This document shows positions 35,112 through 45,083 of a stretch of DNA of 64,000 nucleotides, piece by piece; within the stretch, counting starts at the first letter, position 1; the number at the start of each line of letters is the position of its first letter. A program made the translations under genes and the position numbers. The notes below the pieces were generated by a model, which had not been told where the DNA came from, searched no databases, and was given only the letters and a program-made list of their open reading frames with translations. The DNA is from Bryobacterales bacterium (GTDB lineage: Bacteria > Acidobacteriota > Terriglobia > Bryobacterales > UBA6623), in contig OZ252030.1 of the NCBI GenBank assembly GCA_965247305.1, positions 6,193,186 to 6,257,185 of the forward strand. Direction: 5' to 3'.

Positions 35112-36598
35112 GCCTTGAAGGCGAAACCACCGACGACCCACAAGACCGCTTCCATGACGAATGCGGCGTATTCGCAATATTCGGTCATCCCGAAGCCGCC
35201 AACCTCACTTACTTGGGGCTGTATGCGCTGCAGCACCGCGGGCAAGAAAGCGCCGGCATCTGCTCGAGTAACGGCGAAAAAGTATTCACGCGAAAGGCGA
35301 TGGGCCTTGTCAACGAAATTTTTGGCGAGTCACAGCTTAAGGAACTCTCCGGACACATGGCGATCGGCCACACTCGTTACTCCACGGCTGGTGACAGCGG
35401 GCGATTGAACGTCCAGCCGTTTTACGTCGAATGCAATAAGGGCGCTTTGGCGGTTGCCCACAACGGCAACCTGACGAACGGCTACGCGCTGCGGCGCGAG
35501 CTGGAGCTCTCCGGCTCGATATTCCAGGCGACCAGCGACACCGAAGTGATTCCGCACCTGATGGCGCGCTCTCGCGAACCAAATTTGCGACACGCGCTGC
35601 GGGAATCTCTGCTGCGACTCGAAGGTGCGTTTTCATTGGCGCTTCTTGCGAAAGATCGGATTATCGTTGCGCGCGATCAGCGCGGCTTCAGGCCGCTGTC
35701 ATACGGCCGCATGACGTTCGAGGGCCGCGAAGTTCACGTATTCGCCTCAGAGACATGCGCGTTCGATCTGATCGGCGCAAAATATGTCGACCAAGTTCAG
35801 CCGGGCGAGATGGTCACGGTTAGCGATGAAGGTGTGATCCGCCAGCAATTCGCGCCGCCTCTCGAGCAGTCCCAGTGCGTGTTCGAGCACGTCTATTTTT
35901 CACGCCCCGATTCCACGGTATTCGGGCGCCCGGTGCAGGAGTCACGCGAACAGTTGGGCCGCATACTCTCTCGCGAGAATCCCGTCGCTGCTGACTGCGT
36001 CGTTCCGGTGCCGGACTCGGGAACCGCCGCCGCAATTGGGTACTCAGCCGAATCAGGCATTCCGTTTAGCCCCGGTCTGATTCGAAACCACTACGTCGGC
36101 CGCACGTTCATCGAACCGAAGCAGTCGATCCGCAACTTTGGCGTCAAGCTGAAGCTCAATCCAGTGCGGCACCTCGTCGCGGGCAAACGCGTCATCTTAG
36201 TGGACGATTCGTTAGTGCGTGGGACTACGAGCCGTAAGATCGTCGGCATTATGCGCGAAGCCGGAGCGACGGAAGTTCACTTGCGGATTTCATGTCCGCC
36301 GACGATTTCGCCGTGTTACTACGGAGTCGACACGCCCGACCGCGACGAGCTCATTGCAAACAGGATGACGGTAGAGGAGATTCGCGAGTACACGGGCGCC
36401 GATTCATTGGCGTATCTGTCGATGGCCGGTTTGCGGCAGTCAGTCGCGGATTCTGGCGGGGAGTTTTGCTACTCGTGTTACACGGGCCACTACCCCACAG
36501 ACCTGGTGGGCATTGAGCAGCTGGTGAACCAGCATCGGACAAAGGACGGTGTGGCCGAAGAAGAGATCGTCGCGTCGCGGCGTGACGGCGACGATTAA
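35108..36598 (+). CDS. purF: Amidophosphoribosyltransferase PurF (propeptide and 4Fe-4S type)
   Basis: The [11 protein letters not shown] Ntn nucleophile Cys follows a short propeptide. PRTase motif [13 protein letters not shown]. Cys ligands in CVFEHVYF and [16 protein letters not shown] overlap with purL. Confidence 0.96.
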   Translation: MSLEGETTDDPQDRFHDECGVFAIFGHPEAANLTYLGLYALQHRGQESAGICSSNGEKVFTRKAMGLVNEIFGESQLKELSGHMAIGHTRYSTAGDSGRLNVQPFYVECNKGALAVAHNGNLTNGYALRRELELSGSIFQATSDTEVIPHLMARSREPNLRHALRESLLRLEGAFSLALLAKDRIIVARDQRGFRPLSYGRMTFEGREVHVFASETCAFDLIGAKYVDQVQPGEMVTVSDEGVIRQQFAPPLEQSQCVFEHVYFSRPDSTVFGRPVQESREQLGRILSRENPVAADCVVPVPDSGTAAAIGYSAESGIPFSPGLIRNHYVGRTFIEPKQSIRNFGVKLKLNPVRHLVAGKRVILVDDSLVRGTTSRKIVGIMREAGATEVHLRISCPPTISPCYYGVDTPDRDELIANRMTVEEIREYTGADSLAYLSMAGLRQSVADSGGEFCYSCYTGHYPTDLVGIEQLVNQHRTKDGVAEEEIVASRRDGDD

Positions 36599-36619
36599 CC
36601 CCCACCGCGGCTTCCCCGC

Positions 36620-37324
36620 TTAACTCCCGTTTGAAACAGACGACGAAAACGAAAACCGCGCCACCGTCCATAGAATCTTTACCCCAGCGGCCAAGCTCCC
36701 CCGTAGGGTTCCGCTGATTTTGCTTTCGCCGGCTCTCCGACGCCGGTACGACACTGGTACCTCGATCACGCGCAGGCCCCGGCGCAGGGCTTTGATCTGC
36801 ATCTCGATCGTCCAGCCATAGTTCGGATCGCTCATCTCAAGCTCACGCAGCCGATCGGCCCGAATGGCGCGGAACGGTCCGAGATCGCTGTAGCGATGAC
36901 CACAGAACACCTGAACCAATAACGTCGTCGCGAAATTTCCGAGGCGCTGATGGGCGCTCAGCGATCCCGGCTCGCTTGTTCCCATCTCGCGCGAACCCAA
37001 GACAAGGTCAGCCCGGCCCTCGTGGATCGGGCGCAGCAGTTCTTCCGCGTCGTGGGGAGAATCGCTCCCATCGGCGTCCATAAAGACCACGATGTCGATG
37101 TCTTCGGGCAATTCTCTGAGCGCGCGGAGGCAAGCATTGCCATACCCACGGCTCGGTTCGAGAACGACTCGAGCGCCATGTGCCGCGGCCACCGAAGCAG
37201 TTTCGTCGTCGGAACCGTTGTCGGCAACGATCACCGTGGAGAACAAGCGGTGTGGCACTTCATCGAGCACCTGCCCAATCGCGCCTTCTTCGTTGAGCGC
37301 GGGAATGATGAGTGCCGCGTTCAT
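36620..37324 (-). CDS. Family 2 glycosyltransferase (polyprenol-phosphate sugar transferase-like)
   Basis: LIIPALNEEGAIG, VADNGSDDET, and the DxD in FMDADGSD. 234 aa. Confidence 0.85.
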   Translation of the reverse strand: MNAALIIPALNEEGAIGQVLDEVPHRLFSTVIVADNGSDDETASVAAAHGARVVLEPSRGYGNACLRALRELPEDIDIVVFMDADGSDSPHDAEELLRPIHEGRADLVLGSREMGTSEPGSLSAHQRLGNFATTLLVQVFCGHRYSDLGPFRAIRADRLRELEMSDPNYGWTIEMQIKALRRGLRVIEVPVSYRRRRAGESKISGTLRGSLAAGVKILWTVARFSFSSSVSNGS

Positions 37325-37421
37325 CGCGTGCGGGCTAGCGCCCTTTCATCATTATCCTTGCGCAATGTTGATTCCGCTCAACGAACTTCCGATAAATTGG
37401 CGGAGCGGTTATGCTGGGCCG

Positions 37422-37808
37422 ATGAATGCTCGACAAAATGTAAGCTCTGGGACCGAGTGGGAACCCTTTGTAGGTTATTCGCGTGCGGTGCGAGTCGACA
37501 ACAGGATCGTGGTTTCCGGAGCAACGGCCACACTCAAGGACGGTAGCATCGCCTGCCCCGGCGATGCTTATGGGCAGACGGTCCAAGTTATTAGGAACAT
37601 CGAGCGTACGCTTACCGCACTCGATGCCCGACTCGATCATGTCGTCCGGACGCGAATGTTCGTAACCGACATTGCCCGCTGGAAGGAATACGGCCGTGCG
37701 CACGGCGAATTCTCCGGAGACATTCGGCCGGCTGCGTCGATGCTCGAGGTCTCGCGGCTAATTGATCCGCGGATGCTGATCGAAATCGAAGTCGATGCAA
37801 TTGCCTAG
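37422..37808 (+). CDS. RidA/YjgF-family (Rid) protein
   Basis: FVGYSRAVRVDNRIVVSGATA...GDAYGQTVQVIRNIE...VVRTRMFVTD...IEIEVDA. I start it at ATG 37422. The 5-prime part of the 37092 ORF is antisense to the GT2 gene. Confidence 0.82.
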   Translation: MNARQNVSSGTEWEPFVGYSRAVRVDNRIVVSGATATLKDGSIACPGDAYGQTVQVIRNIERTLTALDARLDHVVRTRMFVTDIARWKEYGRAHGEFSGDIRPAASMLEVSRLIDPRMLIEIEVDAIA

Positions 37809-37813
37809 CGCGG

Positions 37814-39664
37814 CTAGGCGGACTTGGGCGACTCGCTCAGATACTGCAACTGGTAGAGACGCGAATAAATGCCGCCCTTAGCAAGCAGCTCTTGGTGCGG
37901 CCCGAACTCGGCAACGTGGCCTTTGTGCATCACTAAGATGCGGTCGGCTCGCTTGATCGTCGAGAGTCTGTGCGCGATGACGATCGACGTCCTGCCTGTA
38001 AGTAGCGTCGAGACGGTTTCGCGAATATCGTGCTCGGTCTCGGAGTCGACGCTTGACGTGGCTTCGTCAAGGATCAAGAATGGCCTAGCGTGCGCCAGGG
38101 CGCGGGCAAATCCAACGAGCTGCTTGCGGCCCGATGAGAGCGAGGAGCCACGCTCTAACATCAATTCGTTGTAGCCCTGAGGCAGCGAGTCAATGTATTT
38201 AGCCAGATGGGCGTTCTCTGCTGCTTGGCGGATAGCGTCGAGGTCAACTTCGGCCGAGTTCATGCCGATGTTGTCGCCGATCGTGCCAGCAAACAGGTAG
38301 GGGTCCTGAAGGACGATGCTGAACTGCTTGCGTAACTGTTGGACGGGCCAATCCCGAATGTCGCGGCCACCGACTAAGATCGACCCTTTCTGGATCTCGT
38401 AGAAGCGCTGCAGCAGGCTCACCAGGGTCGTCTTCCCCGCGCCGGTGTGGCCCACGACGGCCAACATTTCGTTCGGCTTCGCGCTGAAGCTCACGTCTTT
38501 TAGAACCCAGTCTTCGCCGGAGTAGGCGAACCAGACGTTTCGAAACTCGACGCGCAATTCGCCGTTGCTAACCGGCGCACCTGTCGCCGTTTCCGCGACC
38601 GAGTCATCCATATCGAGCAGCTGAAAAATTCTCTCCGCCCCGGCCATCGCCGACTGCAGAATGTTGTACTTCTCGGCGAGGTCTTGAATTGGGCGAAAAA
38701 CTCGAGTGCCGTATTGCATGAAAGCGATCACGACACCGAGCGTCAAAGTGCCTTCAACCACCCACATTCCGCCGAAGAAAATCAGCATGGCGAGACCGGC
38801 GACGCCAATCAGCTCGATCGTCGGATAGAAGAGCGCGTGGGCGCGAATCGCGCGGTAGTTGGCCTGGCGATGTTCTTCGTTAATCGTGGCGAAATCTTCG
38901 AGTGCGTCCTGCTCGTGGTTAAACAACTGAATCTCAGAGATCCCAGTAAAGGTTTCTTGCAAAAAAGAATTGATCTTGGCGATAGCGACACGCATATCGC
39001 GGAATCCGGCTCGAGCATGTTTCCTGAAAAGAAAACTGACCAGAGCCGTGAGTGGCGCGATCGACAGTAGCGCAAACGTCAAACCGGGGCTGAGATAGAG
39101 CATCACGCCAAATGCGAAAACCAGCGTGAGGACATCCCCCGCTATCGCGACCACCCCAGATGTGAAAAGTTCGTTGAGCACATCGACGTCGGTCGTAACG
39201 CGAGTGACCACACGCCCGATCGGTTGGCGGTCGAAGTAAGGAACGCTGAGGCCCTGTAGCTTTGCAAAGATCTCACGCCGCAACTCATGCATCACGCGTT
39301 GGCCGGTCAAGTTCATGACATGGACCTGGAAAAAGCGGGCGGCGAAGCCGGCGAGTAGTGTGACGAGGTACAGCAGCGCGATGTAGATTATTCCGTCGAC
39401 TGGGTCCTGGGGGAGTAAGAAATCCAAGAACGACGCTTCCCCGGGTCTCGGCTCGAGGTAACGGTCGACAGCTACTTTCGTCAAGTAGGGGCCGGTGACT
39501 CCTAGAATCGAGTGGGTGACCAAGAGAGCGAATGATAGGACGACCGCGGATTTGTGTGGGCGTAGATAGTTCACCAAGCGGCCCATCAACTTTGAGTCGT
39601 AGACGCGGCCTAACGGCGCTTCGGAGCGCGCCGTCTCTCCGCCGATTGTTCGTTTGGGGCTCAT
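37814..39664 (-). CDS. ABC exporter half-transporter (TMD-NBD), canonical Walker B, degenerate signature motif
   Basis: Six-TM domain, then GHTGAGKTT, LSSGRKQL (degenerate LSGGQ), FLILDEATSSVD and IAHRL. Translationally coupled (ATGA) to the upstream partner. Confidence 0.92.
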   Translation of the reverse strand: MSPKRTIGGETARSEAPLGRVYDSKLMGRLVNYLRPHKSAVVLSFALLVTHSILGVTGPYLTKVAVDRYLEPRPGEASFLDFLLPQDPVDGIIYIALLYLVTLLAGFAARFFQVHVMNLTGQRVMHELRREIFAKLQGLSVPYFDRQPIGRVVTRVTTDVDVLNELFTSGVVAIAGDVLTLVFAFGVMLYLSPGLTFALLSIAPLTALVSFLFRKHARAGFRDMRVAIAKINSFLQETFTGISEIQLFNHEQDALEDFATINEEHRQANYRAIRAHALFYPTIELIGVAGLAMLIFFGGMWVVEGTLTLGVVIAFMQYGTRVFRPIQDLAEKYNILQSAMAGAERIFQLLDMDDSVAETATGAPVSNGELRVEFRNVWFAYSGEDWVLKDVSFSAKPNEMLAVVGHTGAGKTTLVSLLQRFYEIQKGSILVGGRDIRDWPVQQLRKQFSIVLQDPYLFAGTIGDNIGMNSAEVDLDAIRQAAENAHLAKYIDSLPQGYNELMLERGSSLSSGRKQLVGFARALAHARPFLILDEATSSVDSETEHDIRETVSTLLTGRTSIVIAHRLSTIKRADRILVMHKGHVAEFGPHQELLAKGGIYSRLYQLQYLSESPKSA

Positions 39665-41409
39665 TCTTTGGCGAGCTCCTCTTCGATCAGTTGGCGGCTA
39701 TGGAGCCGCTTGTAGAGGCCTCCAAAATCGAGCAGTTCTTGGTGCGTGCCGGTCTCAATGATTCTGCCCTCGTCGAGCACGACGATTTGGTCCGCATATT
39801 GGGCCGCCGAAACACGGTGAGACACCATCAGCGTCGTACGATTTCGCAATTTCGACTGTAGCCGCGTCAGAATCTCGCGCTCTGTTTCGGTGTCAACGCT
39901 CGCGGTAGCATCGTCGAGGATGAGAATTCGTGGATCGCGGATCAGTGCTCGGGCCATCGACGTGCGTTGCTTCTGCCCTCCCGACAGGGTGATGCCACGC
40001 TCGCCGACGAGGGTTTGGAGCCCGTTTGGAAAATCCGCGACGTCGGCCTCGAAATTCGCCGACACTACGGCTTCTTCGACTTCCCACTCCTCGGCGTCGG
40101 GCGCGCCCAGACGAATGTTCTCGTCAATCGACCGGCTAAAGAGAAATGTCTCTTGCGGGACGTACCCGACTGCCCGTCGAAGGACCTCCAGCGGAACCGT
40201 TTTTGCGTCGAAGCCATCAATCAGGACCCGGCCCCTGGTTGGATCAAAAAGTCTTGGGATCAGATTCACAAGAGTCGATTTGCCACTGCCGACGGAGCCG
40301 ACAATCGCCAGGCTATGGCCGGCGGGAACGTACAGACTGACGTCCTTGAGGGCCGGCTCGTCGGTTCCGGGATATTGCACCGTCACGCCGTCAAGCTCAA
40401 TGTCGCCGCGAACGCCGTCGATCTCGTAAGCGGTCGACTGATTGTCGGCAATGAGCGGCTGCCGCTTCATCAGTTCCGACAGGCGCTCCAAAGAAGCCGT
40501 GCCGCGCTGGGTGATGTTGACCACGACACCGAGGCCGATCATCGGCCAGTTTAAGACTGGCAAGAACGAGATGAACATCAGGAATGTGCCAAGCGTGATC
40601 TCCCCGCGAAGCACTCTCCAGCCACCGAAACCAAGCACCGCGATATACGTGAGTCCGACGAGTACCTCAAGTAACGGATAGAAAACTCGCCAGATTTTTA
40701 TCAGCCCGACAGTCTCGTTGAGGTAGTGGTCGTTGAGAGTACGGAAGCGTTCTTGTTCTTGCGGGCCTTGGCCGTACGCGCGGAGCATGCGCACGTTCGC
40801 AAGGTGCTCCTGCACTCTTGCGCTTATTTCCGAGAATCGCTCCTGCACCTTTTGAAACTGGGCGTGAGTGCGTTTTCCAAAGTACGTGACGGCGAGTGAC
40901 ACCAGAGGCATGGGAGCGAAAATCAGCAGCGTTAGTAGCCAGTCCGTCGCCGCCATCACGATCAGTACCGCGACAAAGGTCACGACGATTTCGCCGCTGT
41001 ACATAATGCCGGGACCGAGCATCGAGCGCACCTGAGCGAGGTCGTTTGTCGCACGCGCCATCAGGTCTCCCGTTCGATATCTGTCGTAGAAGCGCTTGGA
41101 TAACGTGACAAGGTGCGCGCTCAGGTCATTGCGCAGGTCGAATTCGATATCGCGCGAGATCGTGATCAAGATCCAGCGCATGTAGTATTGGGCAACCGCC
41201 TTGAGTGCGGCGACTGCCATCATCGCCGCGGCGTACCAGCCCAGGCCCTCGAGGGTGAAGTCAGTCGAGAGATAGTCGACAGCCTGGCCGATGAGGTACG
41301 GCAGCGCCGCCGACAGGCCGCCGCGGCAGCTCAGCATAAAGAAGCCGGCGGCGTAGCGCCAGCGGTAGCGCACCAGGTACGGAGCCAAATTTCCGAGGGT
41401 TGACAGCAA
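39661..41409 (-). CDS. ABC exporter half-transporter (TMD-NBD), canonical signature, Walker B lacking the catalytic Glu
   Basis: GSVGSGKST, LSGGQKQR, ILILDDATASVD (Asp in place of the catalytic Glu) and VSHRV. Confidence 0.92.
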   Translation of the reverse strand: MLSTLGNLAPYLVRYRWRYAAGFFMLSCRGGLSAALPYLIGQAVDYLSTDFTLEGLGWYAAAMMAVAALKAVAQYYMRWILITISRDIEFDLRNDLSAHLVTLSKRFYDRYRTGDLMARATNDLAQVRSMLGPGIMYSGEIVVTFVAVLIVMAATDWLLTLLIFAPMPLVSLAVTYFGKRTHAQFQKVQERFSEISARVQEHLANVRMLRAYGQGPQEQERFRTLNDHYLNETVGLIKIWRVFYPLLEVLVGLTYIAVLGFGGWRVLRGEITLGTFLMFISFLPVLNWPMIGLGVVVNITQRGTASLERLSELMKRQPLIADNQSTAYEIDGVRGDIELDGVTVQYPGTDEPALKDVSLYVPAGHSLAIVGSVGSGKSTLVNLIPRLFDPTRGRVLIDGFDAKTVPLEVLRRAVGYVPQETFLFSRSIDENIRLGAPDAEEWEVEEAVVSANFEADVADFPNGLQTLVGERGITLSGGQKQRTSMARALIRDPRILILDDATASVDTETEREILTRLQSKLRNRTTLMVSHRVSAAQYADQIVVLDEGRIIETGTHQELLDFGGLYKRLHSRQLIEEELAKE

Positions 41410-41416
41410 AGCGGAC

Positions 41417-41830
41417 CTACAAGTGATAGAGCATCAAGTAGACGATTACTCCGGTCACGGATACGTACATCCAAATCGGCCAGGTCCACTTGGCGATGCG
41501 GCGGTGGCGGTCAAACTGTTCCTGCCAGGCCCGATAAAGGGTCAGCAGCACTAACGGGACAATCGCCGTCGCCAAAATAATATGAGAAATCAGAATCGTG
41601 AAATATACCGGCCGAATCCAGCCCTGCCCTTCAAACCCGACGGAGCCCACCTGGTAGTGATAAACGAGATAGCAGGCAAGAAAAACCGCCGATGTGCAAA
41701 ACGCCGCGATCATGCACGCACGGTGGCGCTGCTTGTCGCCGTGGCGAATGAAGTAATATCCCGCGCCGAGCAGCAGGGTTGAAACCGAGTTTAAGCTCGC
41801 GTTTACCGTCGGTAGATCGGTGACTTCCAC
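41417..41830 (-). CDS. DUF420 family membrane protein
   Basis: 137 aa with four TM helices. NASLNSVSTLLLGAGYYFIRHGDKQRHRACM...HIILA...LYR matches the DUF420 pattern. Confidence 0.78.
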   Translation of the reverse strand: MEVTDLPTVNASLNSVSTLLLGAGYYFIRHGDKQRHRACMIAAFCTSAVFLACYLVYHYQVGSVGFEGQGWIRPVYFTILISHIILATAIVPLVLLTLYRAWQEQFDRHRRIAKWTWPIWMYVSVTGVIVYLMLYHL

Positions 41831-41847
41831 AAACTCAAATCAGCCGG

Positions 41848-42684
41848 TTAGCTAATATTATTGGCCGCCGGCCGCGAAGCTTGGTACCACGAGAAGCTCA
41901 GCGCAACGACGCAGAAACCAATAGCTACCGCCCAACAAACCGCCATCGAGGGGTCCGACTCAGAGACGCCGGAACCAAGCAGTCTTCGCAGACCGCTCAC
42001 ACCGTACGTCAGCGGGTTGACGGCCGTCACCCAGCGAATCCAACCGGACGAACCGTCAACCGGAAACACTCCGCCCGACATTAGCCACATCGGCATCAGC
42101 ACGACGTTCATGATCGAGTGGAAACCTTGGACAGAGTTGAGCCACCAGGCAAAGTAGAATCCGAGCGCGGTCAGACCAAACGCCATCAGCAAAATAATTG
42201 CGAATACTGCCGGCACCTGACTCGCAGAGATTGAGATGCCTGCAAGCGGCGCCAGCGGGAGCAGCAGTAATCCTTGAAACGCGCCAATCGTTGTCGCTCC
42301 CAGGACCTTGCCCAATACAAGCGCTAAGCGCGATACCGGCGCCACCAGCACCGACAGCAAAAACCCTTCGCGGCGGTCTTCGATGATCGAAATGTTCGCG
42401 AAAATCGCGGTGAACAGTACAACGAGGGTTACCGAGCCGGGAAAAAAGAACTGCGCGTATGAGTCGTTCGAGGTCTGTAGCGACGAACCGAATCCAGAGC
42501 CAAGCACGAACCAGAACAGCAGCGGCGTCGCGAGACTGCCAATCACCCGGCTGCGCTGACGGTAGAATCCGCGTACCTCGCGGTGCCACAGCGTGAAGAC
42601 ACTTAGCCAAAGGCTCGGTCGGGGCTGAAGCGCCACCGACCCAGCAGGCGCAACGGCGCTTACGCTTTGGGGTGCTGAGGACAT
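41848..42684 (-). CDS. ABC-2 type transporter permease
   Basis: 278 aa with six TM helices. The N-terminal LWHREVRGFYRQRSRVIG motif is typical of ABC-2 permeases. No ATPase gene is adjacent. Confidence 0.78.
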   Translation of the reverse strand: MSSAPQSVSAVAPAGSVALQPRPSLWLSVFTLWHREVRGFYRQRSRVIGSLATPLLFWFVLGSGFGSSLQTSNDSYAQFFFPGSVTLVVLFTAIFANISIIEDRREGFLLSVLVAPVSRLALVLGKVLGATTIGAFQGLLLLPLAPLAGISISASQVPAVFAIILLMAFGLTALGFYFAWWLNSVQGFHSIMNVVLMPMWLMSGGVFPVDGSSGWIRWVTAVNPLTYGVSGLRRLLGSGVSESDPSMAVCWAVAIGFCVVALSFSWYQASRPAANNIS

Positions 42685-42777
42685 CGAATATTTGGCGGGT
42701 GGCCCTCGGCGGGCTGAACCTTCATTCTAGTCAACTCGAACGAGATCCCGCGCTCGAAGCTGTCAGGTCTTCGAATA

Positions 42778-43371
42778 TTACAGCTCGAGCAAATAGCCCT
42801 TCTTGCCAACATTGGATGCTACGGTCGGCCCCAGTTGGACGACCCGGCCGGCGGCTTCATGTATGTGGCCGCAGAAAAAATACGCCGGAGGATTTGCGTC
42901 GAGGTACTCCCGGACGGCGCTGCTTCCAAAGTGATTTCCGGCGCCTGCCTCGTCCAAGTCCGTATTGAGCGGGGGAGCGTGACAAACCAATACCAGCGGG
43001 CTCAAGTCCGTGAACTTCACCAACCTGTCGGTCAGCTCTTGCTCACTGTATTCGCCCGGCGTATTGAACGGCGTTTTGTTCGAGTAACCGAGTCCGCCAA
43101 AGTGAGTGCCGTCGAGCTCGATCGCGACGTCGTGAAAATTGCGAAACCCAAGTTGCTCGCAGAAGTCCGCGATCTGTTCGTCGGTCTCATTGTTGCCCGG
43201 CATCACCCACAACTTTTCGCCGAGCGGAGCCAAAATTTTCCCGCAGTCGTCGAGCGGCGCCGGCCATGTGACGAGGTCGCCGGCGGCGATGTAGACGTCC
43301 GCCTCAACCGCGATGGCCCGCTCTAATCCTTTCATGTCGCCGTGAATGTCAGAAAATATCTGAATCTTCAT
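42778..43371 (-). CDS. Calcineurin-like metallophosphoesterase
   Basis: MKIQIFSDIHGD, AAGDL, PGNNE, CHAPP and CGHIH motifs in canonical order. Confidence 0.82.
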   Translation of the reverse strand: MKIQIFSDIHGDMKGLERAIAVEADVYIAAGDLVTWPAPLDDCGKILAPLGEKLWVMPGNNETDEQIADFCEQLGFRNFHDVAIELDGTHFGGLGYSNKTPFNTPGEYSEQELTDRLVKFTDLSPLVLVCHAPPLNTDLDEAGAGNHFGSSAVREYLDANPPAYFFCGHIHEAAGRVVQLGPTVASNVGKKGYLLEL

Positions 43372-43461
43372 TTCGTAACAGTGTACCGGCCGTTGTGTCG
43401 GTAGGACTTGCTGGGCGACGGATGCTTGAAACTCGCCGCCAGCGGCGCTGGGCTCAAATCA

Positions 43462-44094
43462 CTAACGAAGGCAGTCGGCCAGATCGCCATCTGATACGGC
43501 ACCGGCGCGAATGATGCGCCAGTCGGGGTCGGTGATGTCGATCGTCGTGGAACCGGCGCCTGAAATCGTGCCGCCCTCGACGATCAGATCGATACGGCCG
43601 TCCATCGTGCCGAGGACTTCGAATCCGCTGCTGCACGACGGGCTGCCCGATACATTGGCACTGGTAGCGATGAGAGGGCTTCCGACCGCATTTAGCAGTG
43701 CGGTCGGAAAGGCTGCGTTTGGCTGTCTTACCGCCAGACGGCCAGTGTTTCCGGTAACTTTCAGCGGCATCTTAGTCGACGACGGTACGATTATCGTCAG
43801 CGGGCCGGGCCAGAAACGCCTGGCAAGCAGATAGAAATTCGACGATAGGTTCGCCGAATAGTCCTCTGCCATCTCGATTCCAGTTACAAACACCGGCAGA
43901 GAACGATTGGGCTCGCGACCTTTCGCCCGAAAGACCGATGTCACGGCCTTTAGGCTGAAAGGGTCCGCCACCAGTACGTAGAGAGTGTCACTCGGGATCG
44001 CGACAACTTCTCCGCATGCGATGGCCTCCGCGGCCCTCCGCAGAGCTTCCTCGTCTGGCGCTTCGGCCGACGTTTCGATGAGGCGTGTCGTCAA
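43462..44094 (-). CDS. tsaC: L-threonylcarbamoyladenylate synthase (TsaC/YrdC/Sua5 short form)
   Basis: GEVVAIPSDTLYVLVADP, FRAKGREPNRSLPV, FWPGPLTII, ATSANVSG. 210 aa, single YrdC domain. Confidence 0.85.
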   Translation of the reverse strand: MTTRLIETSAEAPDEEALRRAAEAIACGEVVAIPSDTLYVLVADPFSLKAVTSVFRAKGREPNRSLPVFVTGIEMAEDYSANLSSNFYLLARRFWPGPLTIIVPSSTKMPLKVTGNTGRLAVRQPNAAFPTALLNAVGSPLIATSANVSGSPSCSSGFEVLGTMDGRIDLIVEGGTISGAGSTTIDITDPDWRIIRAGAVSDGDLADCLR

Positions 44095-44157
44095 ATCTAT
44101 TTATCTCGGGCCCTGGCCGGTGGCCGCAATATTCATCGGCTGGGCAACAATAAATCG

Positions 44158-44973
44158 CTACTCGCCAGACGACCAGGCAACGCGGAACTCGGGGTAAAGC
44201 GTCAGCCCCCCACAGGCAAATAACGTTTGGCCCGTGATGTAGGAGGCTTCCTCGGACGCCAAAAACGCAAAAACGGCGGCAATTTCTTCTGCTTCCCCAG
44301 CGCGGCCCATTGGAATGTGGCTCTCAACCTCGCGCTTCGCGACTGGATCGTTGATCCACGCCAGGTTAATCGGAGTCACGATCGCTCCTGGACCTACGGC
44401 GTTGACTCGGATGCCGCGATCGGCGTACTCGAGCGCCAGTGATTTCGTGAGATTTTCCATCCCGCCCTTCGAGATCGAGTAGGAAAGGTATTTCGGCTTC
44501 GGAATGATCTCGTGAACGCTGGAGTTGTTGACGATCACCCCACCACCCTCGCGAGATAGAAAGTGATTGATCGCTGCGCGCGAGCAAAGGTAGCAGCCCT
44601 TGAGATTCACGCCGAGAACACGGTCGAAGTCTTCGCTGAGGCTTTCATGGCTGGGCGCGGGCTTCTGAATGCCGGCGTTGTTGATCAGAATGTCCAGCCG
44701 GCCCCAGTTAGCCAGAAGTTCGCCGATCATGTCGTTGACGGCGTGCTCTTGCGAAATGTCGGCCTTGTGGATGCTGTGCTTCGCATTTGAATAGCCGCCG
44801 GCATGATGCGCGGCGCGGACCCGTTCGGCGGTCTTTCCGGCTTCGACATCATTGCGGCTGTAGTTGATCGCGATGTTGCCACCCTCTTCGGCGAGGCGAA
44901 CAGCGATCGCTTCACCAATACCGGTGGAGGCGCCGGTCACAAGGATGTTTTTGCCCACAAAGCGTTGTTGCAT
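44158..44973 (-). CDS. Short-chain dehydrogenase/reductase (glucose 1-dehydrogenase-like)
   Basis: VTGASTGIGEA (TGxxxGxG), NNAG, the catalytic YSISK (YxxxK) and PGAIVTP. Confidence 0.9.
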   Translation of the reverse strand: MQQRFVGKNILVTGASTGIGEAIAVRLAEEGGNIAINYSRNDVEAGKTAERVRAAHHAGGYSNAKHSIHKADISQEHAVNDMIGELLANWGRLDILINNAGIQKPAPSHESLSEDFDRVLGVNLKGCYLCSRAAINHFLSREGGGVIVNNSSVHEIIPKPKYLSYSISKGGMENLTKSLALEYADRGIRVNAVGPGAIVTPINLAWINDPVAKREVESHIPMGRAGEAEEIAAVFAFLASEEASYITGQTLFACGGLTLYPEFRVAWSSGE

Positions 44974-45083
44974 AACGAGTTCGACGAATTCCGGCCGCGA
45001 CTGCGTAGTTTACACAGTGCCGCCCTCGATTGTACAGTCAGAACCCCGGTCTACACTGAAAGATTGGGCACTGCGTTCAACCG

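Noticed and set aside
36950-37421. Upstream extensions of plus-strand ORFs 36950-37546 and 37092-37808
   Set aside because: These parts are antisense to the well-supported GT2 gene. Only the 3-prime segment from ATG 37422 shows RidA-family sequence.
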